From Candidatus Brocadia sp. (GTDB taxonomy: Bacteria > Planctomycetota > Brocadiia > Brocadiales > Brocadiaceae), in the NCBI GenBank assembly GCA_021650915.1, contig CP091279.1, positions 2,970,001 to 3,002,000 of the forward strand: a DNA stretch of 32,000 nt, given 5' to 3'. Below are positions 1 through 9,693 of this stretch, one piece after another. Position 1 is the first letter of the stretch, and each line of letters begins with the position of its first letter. The notes beneath the pieces are model-generated. The model worked only from the letters and a program-made list of their open reading frames with translations, did no database searches and was not told where the DNA came from. The position numbers and the translations under genes are program-made.

Positions 1-1107
1 ATAGGTATCCAATTCATAACACGTGAGCGTTCTGCCTGGAGGAATTACCTGAAGAAATTCTGTCTACTGCTCGTTGGATTTTTTATCTTTTCAAGCCCGT
101 ATTTATTATACCTGAGAGATTATACAAATTCCTGGACACTCACGCAAAAAAAGCAGATATCTGATATGAGCGGCATTACCGCTATGAGTGATATGGTGCA
201 TAATTTCCAACAATGGAAAATTAATGAGGTGAATAACACACCATGGGATGATTTTTCCTATGATAAAGTGGTTCCTGAACGCGATGCTGGCAAACAAGGT
301 CTTCATCCCGTCCACACGACAACCGTTAAGCATACATCAGGTACGAAATACTTCCAATCACTCTGTTCGGTCTTAAACGAATTTATTATTACTATCCATT
401 ACCCATTCGTGATCTTTTTCATAATTGGCATTATGTACGTAATAAAAAATAAGAGAAAGAAAACGGTAAACTTCTATATCGCATCGTATCTGGTCCTTTT
501 TTTATTGATATTGTATTTTCTGAAGTTAACGACTGGTTATGCTGGTCACCGGCATCTTTTAAATGTGATACTGATTACGCTCTTCTGGACGGGAATAGGA
601 ATAAGCAATACCTATTCATGGCTCATAAAAAAGATACCACTATGGCAACCCGCACAAGCAGAGAATATTCTTTCCCGAAGCGGCATTATTTTTTTGTGTC
701 TGATTGTCACTTTCTTTCTGCCAAAGACGTTAAAGTCTTTTAAATCCGAAGGCATTTACAAAGATGCAGGCCTATGGATCAAGACCTTTTACTCCAATGT
801 TCCTGCGGTTCTCACAGACGATTCGATAATCACATTTTATGCAGGTGTTCAAAGGCTGAAGATACCAAAAAAGAATACGTACGAAGAAATCGTAGCATAT
901 GCCAGGGCAAACAAAGTAGACCTTATTGCCGTAACAGATGATATTGTTGAGTATGATCAGGATTTCTTTTCAAAAATAAATCCCCATGATTTAAAAGAGC
1001 TGTATCGCGGAACGGCCAAAACGGAAAAGGTGGTTATCTATCAGGTTCTCCGTATAAATGAACAGCGAAGCAGTGCAAAACTTCATACCGATGAAAAAGA
1101 GGAATAG
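1..1107 (+). CDS. Polytopic membrane protein, 5'-truncated by the window edge (possibly the C-terminal part of a GT39/ArnT-like glycosyltransferase)
   Basis: Frame 1 is open from base 1 (IGIQFITRERSAWRNYLKKFCLLLVGFFIF...) and continuous with the 166..1107 ORF. There are several hydrophobic helices (FVIFFIIGIMYVI, FYIASYLVLFLLILYFL, LLNVILITLFWTGIGI, GIIFLCLIVTFFL) followed by a soluble tail of about 130 aa. The family guess is weak and memory-based. Confidence 0.6.
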   Translation: MGIQFITRERSAWRNYLKKFCLLLVGFFIFSSPYLLYLRDYTNSWTLTQKKQISDMSGITAMSDMVHNFQQWKINEVNNTPWDDFSYDKVVPERDAGKQGLHPVHTTTVKHTSGTKYFQSLCSVLNEFIITIHYPFVIFFIIGIMYVIKNKRKKTVNFYIASYLVLFLLILYFLKLTTGYAGHRHLLNVILITLFWTGIGISNTYSWLIKKIPLWQPAQAENILSRSGIIFLCLIVTFFLPKTLKSFKSEGIYKDAGLWIKTFYSNVPAVLTDDSIITFYAGVQRLKIPKKNTYEEIVAYARANKVDLIAVTDDIVEYDQDFFSKINPHDLKELYRGTAKTEKVVIYQVLRINEQRSSAKLHTDEKEE

Positions 1108-1289
1108 CGTTTTCTTGTTGTAATAAAGACACGCAGAGTATCAATCAAATATTGATAAAGTCTGATATCGACAATTTTTACGGTGTCGGTTATTTGCTTT
1201 GCTGTAAGAGGACGTGATTCTTTTATTATGAAAAAAATCGGGGCGGAAGGTTATTGATAGGTAAAGATACCGTGAAATGGTGGAAAAAG

Positions 1290-2171
1290 TTACTTCTTGA
1301 TATTGAGTTCGTCCAGTATCTCCTGCGCAAGCTCTCTGACGGAACCATCTTCATCGTTGAGTGCATGTTTTATAAACTCAATGGCCGCCTCATTACCCAC
1401 CTCGCCTAATGCTTCAACGGCGCTTTCACGCACCCAGGGATCCCGATCATTGAGCGCTACGGAAAGCACGTCGGCAACATTTTTGTCGCCAATATCCAGC
1501 AAGGCATCAATAGCGCTTAATCGAACATCTTCGATAGGGTCGCTTGCAAGCGCCTTCGAGAGAATTTCTACCGCTCGTATGTCTTTGCTTTCTCCTAACG
1601 CTATAATGGCATCCTCCCTTTTCCCCGGGTCTTCACTCTCTGCGGCGTCTTTTGCCAGGGTTTCAAAGGCAATCGGCTCCTTTTTTGCGTTGCTTTTTTT
1701 GGCGACGGGCAATCCGGGTTTTGGGGTAAGTTTTCTGGAAGGTTCCTCCTTTCCTTTGGTAAATATTTCTTTCGATTTGCTGGCGCTTACGATGGAAAGT
1801 TTTCCTTCTTTTCCATCATTGTGGGAAAAAACAAAGGCATAATTTTTATCTCTCAGAATTCTTCGAACCCCCTCTCTGATCGGTAAACTTTGGAATTCTA
1901 TGGTAATGGTTCCATCAATTGAGTCATTGAGCCATATCCTGGCTCCGCTTTGTGACATGATTTCTTTTAATACCGCTTCCAGCGGAGAGTTCTTCAGTTT
2001 TGCTGATAATTGCCCGTTGCTGTACTTAATATCAAGAGAGCCATCCCCGGCCGGAGTCTCTGCCCAAAGCATTTGATGTCCGCTCATGGTGGAAACAAGC
2101 AGCAACGCGGCGATAGCCATGAACAAGCTGCTTTTCGAACGCCGGATAATGCAATGGGAAAAAGAAATCAT
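1290..2171 (-). CDS. Secreted HEAT-repeat (PBS-lyase HEAT-like) protein
   Basis: The C-terminal half has tandem HEAT-like repeats (EDAIIALGESKDIRAVEILSKAL, DVRLSAIDALLDIGD, DPWVRESAVEALGEVGNEAAIEFIKHAL, DGSVRELAQEIL). The ORF is open up to 2270, but the Met at 2171 gives a signal-peptide-like N-terminus (MISFSHCIIRRSKSSLFMAIAALLLVSTMSGHQMLWA/E). The start is uncertain. Confidence 0.7.
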   Translation of the reverse strand: MISFSHCIIRRSKSSLFMAIAALLLVSTMSGHQMLWAETPAGDGSLDIKYSNGQLSAKLKNSPLEAVLKEIMSQSGARIWLNDSIDGTITIEFQSLPIREGVRRILRDKNYAFVFSHNDGKEGKLSIVSASKSKEIFTKGKEEPSRKLTPKPGLPVAKKSNAKKEPIAFETLAKDAAESEDPGKREDAIIALGESKDIRAVEILSKALASDPIEDVRLSAIDALLDIGDKNVADVLSVALNDRDPWVRESAVEALGEVGNEAAIEFIKHALNDEDGSVRELAQEILDELNIKK

Positions 2172-2289
2172 ACGGTGTCGAGAAGCGATCCGGGAAAGGC
2201 GTCCCAGGAAACACTCAGACCATAAAGGCCGACGCCCGCCGCGAGATGACATATTGAACGGAATGTTCATAGCGAAACCGCAATCAATT

Positions 2290-2356
2290 CCCCCTTACCA
2301 AAGAGGGATACAGGGGGTTGTAAAAAACTTACCGAAAAAAATTTTGTACCGTAATG
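2290..2356 (+). repeat. Partial copy (3' module) of the dispersed modular repeat family, preceded by a C5...G5 hairpin
   Basis: CCCCCTTACCAAAGAGGGATACAGGGGG is followed by TTGTAAAAAACTTACCGAAAAAAATTTTGTACCGTAAT. This aligns by eye with the 3' ends of the repeats at 11356-11405, 19059-19109 and 19271-19334 (GGTTGcGAAAAAACTTACAAAAAAAGAAGTTTTTAcACAGTAAT). Confidence 0.6.
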
Positions 2357-2362
2357 CTCTCA

Positions 2363-3895
2363 TCATGCACTTTTGCCGTGAATGATACTGATTAATAATT
2401 TTTTCCCCTTCTCCATGATTTCTGGTGTTTTTCCCTCTACATTTAACCGGAGCAGGGGTTCCGTATTTGACTTTCTGACGTTGAACCACCAGTCTTGATA
2501 CTCCACGGTTACTCCATCCAGATAGTCTACGTTTCCATCTGAAAATTTTCTGGCAATTTCTGCAATTTTTTCATCCTTATCATCTACCTCAAAATTTATT
2601 TCGCCGGTAGAATAATATCGCCTGAGCGGTGATACAATATTTGAGAAGGGGACGCGTTTTGCGCTCAGGATATCCAAAACCATAAGGAAGGCGATCATTC
2701 CTGAATCAGAATAGTAATTATTTTTAAAGTAGTAGTGTCCGGAAAGCTCTCCGCCAAAAAAAGCATTTTTTTCCCGAAGGGTTGCCTTCATATATGCGTG
2801 GCCAACACGTTCGCGGTACGGCACGCCGCCACCGGCCTTTATTTCTTCGGGAACAACCCAGCTTGAGCGGAGATCATAAAGAATTGTAGCTCCCTTTTCA
2901 CGCTCAAGAACCTGTCGTGCGATCAGCGCTGTAATAATATCGCATCCAATGATTCGCCCTGTTTCGTCCACAAAAAAACACCGATCCGCATCTCCGTCAA
3001 AGGCCACTCCAAGATGAGCCCTCGTCTCGCGCACCTTTTTTTGTAAATCAACCATGTTTTCAGGGTTCAATGGATTTGCCTCGTGATTAGGAAAGGTTCC
3101 GTCCAGTTCAAAGTAGAGGGGGATAATTTCAAGAGGAAGTCCTTCACAAACGACCGGAATGGTTTTCCCTGCCATTCCATTTCCCGCATCGACGACGATC
3201 CGAAGATGTCTGAGGTTGCCGGCAAATTTCAGGACGTGCTTCTTATAATCTCCAAAAATATCGTTCTGGACAACCTTGCCAAGTTGTTCCCCGCGCGGGG
3301 GATGATACTGACTTGTCAGCTTTGAAATACGGCTAATCCCGGTCTCAAAACTGACGGGGATCGCCTGTTTTCTGCATATCTTGAATCCGTTGTATTCGGC
3401 GGGATTGTGCGAAGCAGTCACCATTATCCCACCATCATATTGGTAATGACCCACCGCAAAATACGTCATCTCCGTTGAAACGACACCCAAATTAACCACG
3501 TTGAGTCCGGCCGTGCATAACCCTTCGATCAGGGCGTTGGCAAGCGATTTTGAAGAGGTCCTCATATCTCTCCCCACGGCAATGTTTTTTACCCCAGGGT
3601 CTTGCTCCTTAAAAAACTGGGCTATGGATGTTCCAATCTTGTGAGCTGCTGTGTCATTTAATTCTGCGGGATACTTCCCGCGAATATCATAACTCTTAAA
3701 GATATCTCTCGATAGTTTGGGTTCCGTATGGGATTGGCTGGAATTTCTCATCTCAACCCTCTCCAGACATACATTGCATTTCGGATAATTTACCCGCTGT
3801 CTGCCCTTGCACACCGAATCGGTAATAGTATAAGACTCACCGGGACAACGGTACTGTCTCTCGTCTGCCTTTTCACTTATGAATCCTTTTTTCAT
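2363..3895 (-). CDS. Phosphomannomutase/phosphoglucomutase (alpha-D-phosphohexomutase family)
   Basis: It has the active-site loop TASHNPAEYNGFK, the metal-binding loop FDGDADR, GGELSGH, and an N-terminal core IFKSYDIRGKYP typical of ManB/Pgm. The longest ORF adds a Cys-containing extension of about 48 aa. The alternative start is Met49 at 3751. Confidence 0.9.
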   Translation of the reverse strand: MKKGFISEKADERQYRCPGESYTITDSVCKGRQRVNYPKCNVCLERVEMRNSSQSHTEPKLSRDIFKSYDIRGKYPAELNDTAAHKIGTSIAQFFKEQDPGVKNIAVGRDMRTSSKSLANALIEGLCTAGLNVVNLGVVSTEMTYFAVGHYQYDGGIMVTASHNPAEYNGFKICRKQAIPVSFETGISRISKLTSQYHPPRGEQLGKVVQNDIFGDYKKHVLKFAGNLRHLRIVVDAGNGMAGKTIPVVCEGLPLEIIPLYFELDGTFPNHEANPLNPENMVDLQKKVRETRAHLGVAFDGDADRCFFVDETGRIIGCDIITALIARQVLEREKGATILYDLRSSWVVPEEIKAGGGVPYRERVGHAYMKATLREKNAFFGGELSGHYYFKNNYYSDSGMIAFLMVLDILSAKRVPFSNIVSPLRRYYSTGEINFEVDDKDEKIAEIARKFSDGNVDYLDGVTVEYQDWWFNVRKSNTEPLLRLNVEGKTPEIMEKGKKLLISIIHGKSA

Positions 3896-3920
3896 ACCAG
3901 GCTACTTCCTTAAGAAATCG

Positions 3921-4499
3921 TTACCATATAAGCAACTGTTTGCCAGCATCAAATGCCTTTTCTAACAAGTGGCGTTTCGTGGATACCATGCCTTTTTCTT
4001 CCAGCCCGCAACACAATAAATCTCCTACATATTTTGTGTCTAACACATGGAAAAAGGCCTTCATGGTTTTTATCGCGCCGGTAAATAATTCCTCTCCGGA
4101 ACTCCGCGCCGCGGTTGCAATGAAAAACCCGTTTGCCGTTCTTGCTCCTTCTCTGACAGGAAGATGTAAAATATATTTTCTTGCCCAAAAGGCCTGGCAC
4201 CGGTCAATAAGGGCCTTCAGCTGAGCGCTTACCCCCATAAAATAGATCGGGGAAGCAATGATAATGCCATCGGCTTCAACAAAGAATGAATACAGTTGTT
4301 GCATATCATCGCGGATCACGCATACCCCTTTTTCAAAACAACCACCGCAAGAATTGCACGGAGCAATGTGCAAATCGCGGACGACAATCTTTTGCACCTC
4401 AACGCCGTCTGACACTGCTCCCTGTATGGCATGATTCAGCAATATATCCGAGTTTCCATCTGCACGCGGACTGCCAAAGATGGCAACTATCTTTTTCAT
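3921..4499 (-). CDS. Iron-sulfur flavoprotein-like NADPH-dependent FMN reductase / flavodoxin-fold protein
   Basis: The N-terminus [17 protein letters not shown] is the FMN-reductase fold signature. The compact cysteine motif [13 protein letters not shown] (C-x2-C-x2-C-x5-C) matches that described for archaeal Isf-type 4Fe-4S flavoproteins. Its start overlaps the upstream gene's stop by 4 bp (ATGA). Confidence 0.7.
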   Translation of the reverse strand: MKKIVAIFGSPRADGNSDILLNHAIQGAVSDGVEVQKIVVRDLHIAPCNSCGGCFEKGVCVIRDDMQQLYSFFVEADGIIIASPIYFMGVSAQLKALIDRCQAFWARKYILHLPVREGARTANGFFIATAARSSGEELFTGAIKTMKAFFHVLDTKYVGDLLCCGLEEKGMVSTKRHLLEKAFDAGKQLLIW

Positions 4500-5446
4500 G
4501 CATCCTTTCCGGCGGGAATTAACTCGTCCCTGAAATATGCCAGGGTCTTTTGCAGCCCTTCCGTCCGCGACACCTTTGGTTCCCAGCGTAAGACCTTTTT
4601 TGCTTTAGAAATGTCAGGTTGCCGGACCTTTGGGTCATCAACAGGAAGGGGCTTAAATATCATTTTGCTTTTGCTTTTGGTAAGGGTAAGTATCTCACTG
4701 GCTAACTGGTGGATGGTGATCTCTTCAGGATTTCCGATATTTACCGGATCACGCTCCTCTGAAAGAAGCAACTGATAGATACCCGCCACGAGATCAGAAA
4801 TATAGCAGAAACTTCGTGTCTGCAGGCCATTCCCAAATATGGTGATATCCTCGCCCTTCAATGCCTGGCACATAAAGTTAGGGAGGGCGCGCCCATCCCT
4901 CACGCGCATTCGTGGACCATAAGTATTAAATATCCTCGCGATTCTGGTATCTACGTTGTGGTATCGGTAATATGCCATGGTCATTGCTTCTGCAAACCGC
5001 TTTGCTTCATCATAAACCCCTCTGGGGCCGACGGGATTGACGTGTCCCCAATAATCCTCCGGTTGTGGGTGAATTTGCGGATCACCATATACTTCAGAGG
5101 TAGAGGCCAGAAGAAACCTGGCCTTCTTTGCCTTGGCAAGCCCCAGGCTGTTTAGCGTACCGAGCGAACCGACTTTTAACGTTTGTATCGGAAATTCCAG
5201 ATAGTCAAAAGGGCTGGCGGGCGACGCAAAATGGAGTATATTATCCACCTGTCCGTCTACATAAATGTAATCGCTTACGTTGTGTTTTATAAACCGGAAT
5301 TGACCGTTCCCCATTAAGTGAGCGATATTATCCGTTTTACCGGTTAACAGGTTGTCAATACATACAACTTCATGCCCCTTTTCTATTAGATAATCGCACA
5401 GATGCGAGCCAATAAAACCCGCACCACCCGTAATTACTGTTCTCAT
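4496..5446 (-). CDS. UDP-glucuronate decarboxylase (UDP-xylose synthase)-type NAD-dependent epimerase/dehydratase
   Basis: It has a Rossmann motif ([16 protein letters not shown]) and the SDR catalytic motif YDEAKR. The overall sequence ([40 protein letters not shown]) is characteristic of the UXS/ArnA-decarboxylase-like subfamily. Confidence 0.85.
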   Translation of the reverse strand: MRTVITGGAGFIGSHLCDYLIEKGHEVVCIDNLLTGKTDNIAHLMGNGQFRFIKHNVSDYIYVDGQVDNILHFASPASPFDYLEFPIQTLKVGSLGTLNSLGLAKAKKARFLLASTSEVYGDPQIHPQPEDYWGHVNPVGPRGVYDEAKRFAEAMTMAYYRYHNVDTRIARIFNTYGPRMRVRDGRALPNFMCQALKGEDITIFGNGLQTRSFCYISDLVAGIYQLLLSEERDPVNIGNPEEITIHQLASEILTLTKSKSKMIFKPLPVDDPKVRQPDISKAKKVLRWEPKVSRTEGLQKTLAYFRDELIPAGKDA

Positions 5447-5821
5447 AGAGGAGTATTGTTTTCAAATATGATACATACCAAGGTTTCTCACGATCTGAGG
5501 ATTAGAGTGAATTTTACAAAATTTTCATTAATATTCAAGAACATAGTGTCTTTCATAACTAACTGATTTCGTATCTGTTATGACTGTCGCATTTTATCAC
5601 AAAATATGATGCAATACAATTTTAATTCTGGCAATTCTGGCTGCGTTCCTTGGATTCCATGGGAGTCGACGGTAATTTCGCTCCCGTTACTTGCCGAGAT
5701 TTCAGGACGGAACTGGCTTTCGCCGAAACAATCTTGTTTGTGTCTGAACAGTACGTTTTTTCTCTTTATCGCGATGGAATCTTATTATATCATGATAAAT
5801 GAGATCTTATAATTCCCTTAG

Positions 5822-7830
5822 CCCGACTTTCGCAATTCGCGCCCAAAAAAGTTTATTTTTGGGCAAGAGTCGCCAGGAAACCCGTGATATTCAAGGGGTG
5901 AATTTTCAAAACGGCTTGTAGTGCCGACCTACCCTCTTGACGCATGCAGGAGGAAGTGCGAAAATGCTCGCATGTTTCTCCGGGAAAAGACACGAACGAA
6001 AGATGGGAAAACCCACCGTTATTGGAGCGTGGTAGAGAACCGCCGGGTCAGCGGAAGAAGGGTGGTGCAACGGCAGGTTCTCTATTTGGGAGAACTCAAT
6101 GACAATCAACGGGCTGGGTGGATTCGGACGATAGAGGCGGTGTCGGGTAAAGAACCGAAACCAAGACAACTGGCATTGTTTCCGGATGACCGGGAAGCCA
6201 TGCCGATACCGGATGGTGAGACAGTTCGGGTGAGGTTGGACAAAATAGAGCTGCGCCATCCACGGGAGTGGGGAGCAAGCTGGTTGGGATTGTATGTATG
6301 GAATATGCTGGAACTGGACACATTCTGGAGGATGCGTCTGCCGTCAAGCCGGAAGGGGACAAGCTGGTTGAATATACTGAAGGCGCTTGTCTGTTACCGG
6401 TTGATCGATCCGGGAAGCGAATTTCGTTTTCACCGTGAGTGGTACGTGCGGAGCGCAACAGGCGATCTGCTGGGAGAGGATTATTCCCTGGCGCAGAAGG
6501 ACAAGGCGTATCGTTGTTTGGATTTGTTGCTTGAGCATCGGGACGAGCTGTTTGCCTATTTAAAGGAGAAGTGGGGCAAGCTCTTTGGGGCGAAGTACGA
6601 TGTGCTGCTGTATGATTTGACGAGTACGTATTTTGAAAGTGACCCACCTCCGACTGGATCGGGGAGTAAGAAGCGGTTTGGATATAGCCGGGACAAACGT
6701 TCGGATTGCGTGCAGGTGGTAGTGTGGCGTTGGTGTTGACGCCGGAAGGATTTCCCGTGGCCTACGAAGTGTATCCGGGCAATACCAGAGACACCGCAAC
6801 GCTGGAGGAATTTCTGGATCGGATTGAAAAGCAGTATGGGAAATTCCGGCGCACCTGGCTTATGGATCGCGGTATTCCAACGGAGGAGATGTTGGAAAAG
6901 ATGCGTGAGCGCGGGATTGATTATTTGGTTGGGACTCCGAAGGGGCATTTGACGAGAGTAGAAAAACCGCTACTCGAACAAACCTGGATGCAGGCGAGGG
7001 AGAGCATCCGCGTGAAAGTTCTTCGGCAGGAATCGGAGTTTTACGTTTACGTGGAAAGCCAGGACCGGGTGTCTAAGGAGCGTGCCATGCGTAGGCGAAG
7101 ACTCAGACGTTTGTGGATGGGTTTGCGCGAACTTCGCAATCGAAAAGCCCTCACGCGCGATGACCTGCTCATGCATATTGGCGCGTTAAAGAAAGAAGCC
7201 GGACGCGACTACAGACTGGCCGCTATCTCCATTCCCAAACCGCAGGAACCGGTCAATGAGAATACGTTCCGGTTCAGTTTGGATCGGGAACGCCTGAGGC
7301 AGGCGTATCGGCGCGAGGGGCGTTATTTGCTTCGTTCCAACATGCAGGCCACCGCGCCAGAAACCGTCTGGGAAAATTATTTGCTGTTGACACGGATAGA
7401 ACAGGCATTTAAGGACTTGAAGGGGTCTCTTTCCGTCCGCCCCCTATGGCATCAATTGGAACGGAGAATTGAAGCCCATATCTTTGTTTCCTTTTTGGCT
7501 TTTTGTCTCCACACGACACTGCGCAATCTTGCGCGGGGGAGGGCCGGAGGGCTGACGTCTGAAGCGATTTTGGAAAAACTGTCGGGCATTCAAATGATAG
7601 ACGTTCATTTACCGACCACGGATGGCCGTCATATTGTCATGAGCCGTTATACCCAGCCGGAGAAGGACGTTTTACTCCTTTTGGCGCAGTTGGGATTAAC
7701 GCTTCCTGAACAACCGCCGCCCAAGGTTTACGTATCCGGGCAGGTCGGCCTGTAGTGCCGACCTTTTTACATGACCCCTTGATTTTCCTGGCTTAGCGGG
7801 TTGTATACCCCTCGAATTGCGAAAGTCGGG
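5822..7830 (+). mobile_element. IS element, IS1634-like (IS4 superfamily), 2,009 bp, with perfect 18-bp terminal inverted repeats and a 4-bp TTAG target-site duplication
   Basis: IRL CCCGACTTTCGCAATTCG lies at 5822-5839 and IRR CGAATTGCGAAAGTCGGG at 7813-7830; they are exact reverse complements. TTAG directly abuts both ends (5818-5821 and 7831-7834). Looser subterminal inverted similarity also exists (GCCAGGAAA...TCAAGGGGT near 5871-5899 versus 7770-7793). The element encodes a DDE transposase. Confidence 0.85.
5972..7755 (+). pseudogene. IS1634-family DDE transposase, split by a single frameshift near 6716-6727
   Basis: The two ORFs (5921..6739 and 6706..7755) together read as one transposase of about 594 aa: MFLREKTRTKDGKTHRYWSVVENRR...GYSRDKRSDCVQVVV / ALVLTPEGFPVAYEVYPGNTRD. 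DDE-type motifs are YDLTSTYFE, WLMDRGI and YLLLTRIEQAFKDLKG. Frame continuity needs a -1 shift in GTGGTAGTGTGG, and no slippery heptamer is present. The likely true start is MFLREK at 5972. Confidence 0.8.
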
Positions 7831-8005
7831 TTAGCTTACTATGCATGGGCTTCACCCCTGCTATCTCCTCATAACCTTTCAGACTTCAAGGTTAAAGCAA
7901 AGTCTGTGTTTATTGCCTGATTGTGTTTGCTCAGAACGGTAGTGTCTGAAGATATGCTGAATCGTTATTAATTTCTGAAACCGTTAACCAAAAAGGAGGT
8001 ACAAA

Positions 8006-8761
8006 ATGCTTCGCTGTTCATGCAGAACAATAGTGAATACCCTGGCGTTTGTTGCGGGTATTGCGTTTCTCAGTTTGCTGTTCGTTCCAGGAAAAGGTGC
8101 TGGGGCAGAAAAGGAAGAACACGGCGTTGAAAATGTTAATAAGCTCAAGTATGCCGACCCCATTAAGGACATCCATCTCTATTTATGTGCTTTTCATATA
8201 GCCAAGGATAACCCGAAATTTGAGATTGAGGCCCATCATTATTGTTCCATGCGGAATCTCAGTGTTAAGGGTAGCGATATCCACCAGTGTGTTATATATG
8301 ACTCCAGGGAAGCGCCCGCAAGGCTCCTTGGTATCGAATACATCATCAGCAACGAGGCCTATCAAACGCTTCCTGCCGAGGAAAAGAAGTATTGGCATCC
8401 CCATGCGTATGAGATCATATCCGGACAACTCATCGTGCCTGATTTAGCTGACATGGGCGATAAGGCCCTTGGAGGCTTTTTAACCAGTTGGGGCAAGACG
8501 TTCCATACCTGGCCCGATCCAACTACGGAGATTCCGATGGGTGAACCCCTCCTCATGTGGTCCGCCGGCGCCGATGGGCAGATCAGTAAAGGGATGATAG
8601 ACAAACGCGATAAGCAGTTCGGTATTTCTTCCGATGAACTTCGGGAACGGAGGAAGAGCTATGGATACCAGGTACCAAAGGTGGCTGTGCCAAAGTCAAT
8701 TGATGAGATTGGCCGGCAATGGACGAGTAAGGGGTCAGATAAGCCGGAGAAATTAAAGTAA
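8006..8761 (+). CDS. Secreted DUF1264 (OBAP-like) domain protein
   Basis: A strong SD (AAGGAGG) lies 7 nt upstream. It has a signal-peptide-like N-terminus (LAFVAGIAFLSLLFVPGKGAGA). The core HLYLCAFHIAKDNP..EAHHYCS...HQCVIYDS..ARLLGIEYIIS...YWHPHAYEI.SGQLIVP...GKTFHTWP...GEPLLMWS matches my memory of DUF1264/oil-body-associated-protein family conservation. Confidence 0.7.
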   Translation: MLRCSCRTIVNTLAFVAGIAFLSLLFVPGKGAGAEKEEHGVENVNKLKYADPIKDIHLYLCAFHIAKDNPKFEIEAHHYCSMRNLSVKGSDIHQCVIYDSREAPARLLGIEYIISNEAYQTLPAEEKKYWHPHAYEIISGQLIVPDLADMGDKALGGFLTSWGKTFHTWPDPTTEIPMGEPLLMWSAGADGQISKGMIDKRDKQFGISSDELRERRKSYGYQVPKVAVPKSIDEIGRQWTSKGSDKPEKLK

Positions 8762-8796
8762 AATTCAATAATGCTAATTATGGTAAGGAGAACCTC

Positions 8797-9615
8797 ATGA
8801 GGATACCAGGGGAAGAGGCGAATCTGTTTTACAAGTTAATATGGGGGCTGCAATTTTACGTCAATCAACAGCACCAAATCTTGCCAAACATCAAATCAGC
8901 TAATGAATATGCGGAACTGCCGATGTCAGAAAAACTTGAAGTGCGTGATGCACTGTGGAAAAACCCGAACCTGATTGACGTCTATGTAGAAAAGAACCCT
9001 GACAGTTTATCAACTCAGGAACTGGATATCGTCAGCAAGTGGAAACGATTTGTCGCCGGAGGATTTCAGATTTTCCGTTACTTAAAGAACTACACGATCT
9101 TTATCAATGAAAATTCACAGGTATATGGTGTATTGGGATTATACGATAATCTGGAAGACCTGTTTCCCGGAAGGCCTCTGCCAATGATGGTTGCGGCTGT
9201 ACTTTTGCCGTTCAAAGGGAAGATTGTGTATGATGGGGTGCTGAAGGGATACAACATTTCTTTTGGAGGCAGTATTCGGTCCGGTTTAAATGAGAAGTAC
9301 ATGGCAGCCAAACAGAACGATCGTATTATTACTACCCTGGAACCGGAGGCTGCGCCACCGATACAAGCCAGGCATCAACAGAAGCCCGGCAAAGACTGGA
9401 AGCCAGTGGTAGAGGAGATCGTGCGAGCAAGTGAAAAGATGCGGGGAAGTTCTCCTGTCCAGAATGCTGCTTTTGCCCTGCTACGGGACAGTGCAAGAAC
9501 AGCACAATTGGTAGTGCAGCAACCGGATGATTTGGAAGAGATTTGGCGTCTGAAAGAACAGGTGCAAAAGGCATTGAATCAGCTACAAAGAGTTCTGGAG
9601 CGCGCCGAACAATAA
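8797..9615 (+). CDS. Hypothetical protein (272 aa), no recognisable catalytic motif
   Basis: It has a good SD (AAGGAG) 8 nt upstream and lies 35 nt after the DUF1264 stop. Coding-like composition holds throughout. The C-terminal third (roughly the last 90 aa) is predicted helical and charged. I saw no Walker, nuclease or HTH motif. Confidence 0.6.
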   Translation: MRIPGEEANLFYKLIWGLQFYVNQQHQILPNIKSANEYAELPMSEKLEVRDALWKNPNLIDVYVEKNPDSLSTQELDIVSKWKRFVAGGFQIFRYLKNYTIFINENSQVYGVLGLYDNLEDLFPGRPLPMMVAAVLLPFKGKIVYDGVLKGYNISFGGSIRSGLNEKYMAAKQNDRIITTLEPEAAPPIQARHQQKPGKDWKPVVEEIVRASEKMRGSSPVQNAAFALLRDSARTAQLVVQQPDDLEEIWRLKEQVQKALNQLQRVLERAEQ

Positions 9616-9693
9616 GGGGCTTAGTGCAATGGACGTATCTGAAAACGGATAAAGCAGAAAATTGATAACATTACATGAAAAGGGTTATTTCCC

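Noticed and set aside
5606-5812. 68-aa ORF left of the IS, considered as a gene fragment disrupted by the insertion
   Set aside because: There is no continuation of the reading frame on the other side of the IS (7835 onward), and no motif or SD. It is probably non-coding.
6706-6739. Programmed -1 ribosomal frameshift in the transposase
   Set aside because: There is no A/T-rich slippery heptamer at the overlap (GTGGTAGTGTGG), and I know of no precedent for IS1634-family recoding. It is treated as a mutation or sequence error, while remaining flagged for checking.
6096-6948. Minus-strand ORFs inside the IS element (6096..6647, 6556..6948 and others)
   Set aside because: They are antisense to the transposase and Pro/Ser/Arg-rich, typical of GC-biased shadow frames. 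Nothing supports them as genes.
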